Assembly: GCA_965285935.1 (NCBI GenBank)
Contig: OZ260661.1
Location: 26,598,001 to 26,662,000, forward strand
Direction: 5' to 3'
Source of the DNA: Ophelia neglecta
Lineage: Eukaryota
DNA: 64,000 nt
Below the pieces are notes generated by a model. It was not told where the DNA came from and ran no database searches. It saw only the letters and a list, made by a program, of their open reading frames with translations. Positions 62,801-64,000 of this stretch are shown piece by piece. The position numbers and the translations under genes were made by a program. How positions within the stretch are numbered: position 1 is the stretch's first letter; the number at the start of each line of letters is the position of its first letter.

Positions 62801-63443
62801 GGTTGCTGTTTCCTAAATGAGGTGTTGAATTCATTTTTGTAATCTGATAAGAAAGCTCGAATATACCTATTGGTTTTAGCAGAGATGAAGAGTGGACAAC
62901 TCGTACAGCATAACTCTCCACTAGAACAGTCCATGGCATACGATTGCCGCAATACATCTGATTTACATTACCTTTGTAGCCATTCCAGATCAAATTCACT
63001 GCCTCCACTCGGCATTTCTGAAAACTGTACGGTAACGTGAACATCGTGAATGTCACATTGAGGTACATGGCTTGGTCGACCATTATGCTATATTTTTCCA
63101 ATCTGGTTGAGTCTGCCTTATTCCATATTGTACCGCACGGAGAGGCAAAAGTCCACCTAACAATTTTATGAAAACAATGCTGTGTATCACGTTTTAAACG
63201 GAAAAAAGTAGAATGCCACCTTTCTCTAAGGTTTAGTTTCCCTTCTTGTTGGGCTGTCAGTGAGTTGATCGTAAGGGTCCTCATATATTCTTGTAACTTC
63301 CAAGTGCAGACGGTTTGGCATGTGCTTACCACTACCAGTGTCAAAAGCAAATGACGTATTGGGCGTGCCATCGTTAAAATAACCCTGCTTAATCCATCTG
63401 TGTGTTGCTGGATTTTATCTTTATAAAATATTTCAGCAATCAT
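56836..63443 (-). pseudogene. Copy 4 of the giant GPCR, frameshifted in exon 1 (exon 1 63443-60608, intron 60607-60157, exon 2 60156-56836)
   Basis: 5-bp deletion (plus-strand gaaac) between 62368 and 62369 relative to copy 3 (48729-48733). This splits exon 1 into 358-aa and 608-aa ORFs. The first LRRNT cysteine is also lost (QALCPTSC to QALSPTSC). Exon 2 is otherwise open. Confidence 0.75.
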
Positions 63444-64000
63444 TTAATTATATTCTTAAACATTACTTAATTATTTTTGGTATATCATTTTCACTTGCAT
63501 TCAAAAATGAAGAAAACTGATAATTGTGACATTTAATGCCTTTCAACTAGTTGTTCGTATTGTGATTTGACGTTCATTATGACGAGATATAGACTTCATC
63601 ACATTTGAATGATATTAGATATAGCTCATATATTACATTAACGTTTGAATTAATGAAAAACTCTAGATGGCAATCACATTTATATTAAATCATTGAATCC
63701 CTTGTAGTAAGGTCATTATATTAAATGTCGTTAATACGTTCATATTCGGTTACTTATTAACACTTATCTAACTGAGGATTTAGTTCGAGTCTGCATTTGA
63801 TCTCTCTATGTAAACATGGACCAATTTTAATAGTCGGATATTCTAGATCTGTCATTTTAGTTTTGCTCCTGTTCATCCCTTTTTTTTCTGTATTCTTCTT
63901 TGTCGTTAAGTCTGTGTGTCAGCAACTGCATCATATGCACATAGTCAGCGATGAAGGGTAAGTTTGAATGGAGTTAAATAAAGTAATTCAATTTTCGATG

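Larger units (their letters stand above)
1..64000 (-). repeat. Head-to-tail tandem segmental array of gene-plus-spacer units (periods 17412, 17289, 14605, 13635 bp)
   Basis: First ATG at 502, 17914, 35203, 49808 and 63443. Spacers are colinear and highly similar, and the ORF track repeats with these offsets. Confidence 0.97.

Noticed and set aside
1-64000. Prokaryotic features (operon, CRISPR array, rRNA/tRNA)
   Set aside because: None seen. The content is a spliced metazoan gene, and the short repeats lack a repeat-spacer structure.

Overview
AT-rich animal genomic DNA, probably from an invertebrate (inferred from the GRL101-like receptor type and a GT-AG intron). The window is a head-to-tail tandem array of one minus-strand gene: four complete copies plus the 5' end of a fifth at 1-502. 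Unit lengths are 17,412, 17,289, 14,605 and 13,635 bp. The two long ORFs in each unit (~979 aa and ~1109 aa) are not separate genes. They are two very large exons joined by a ~440-450 bp phase-0 GT-AG intron that interrupts a C-type lectin domain. The spliced product is a ~2,020-2,050 aa receptor: signal peptide, RLKR furin-like site, CUB and CUB-like domains, C-type lectin domain, LDLa repeats, LRRNT with ~6 LRRs, and a divergent rhodopsin-type 7TM region (GRL101/LGR-like). The 7TM lacks a DRY motif and has only an 11-residue tail. The copies form two sub-types (A: copies 1-2; B: copies 3-4) with mosaic 5' ends, and copy 4 carries a 5-bp frameshift. The first ~1.06 kb of the window recurs at 62,942-64,000 with shared private variants, pointing to a ~62.9 kb higher-order repeat or an assembly duplication. 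Each spacer appears to hold a heavily decayed relic of an older LDLa-LRR-7TM paralogue, plus local tandem duplications, indels, probable transposon fragments and N-runs that look like masked simple repeats.
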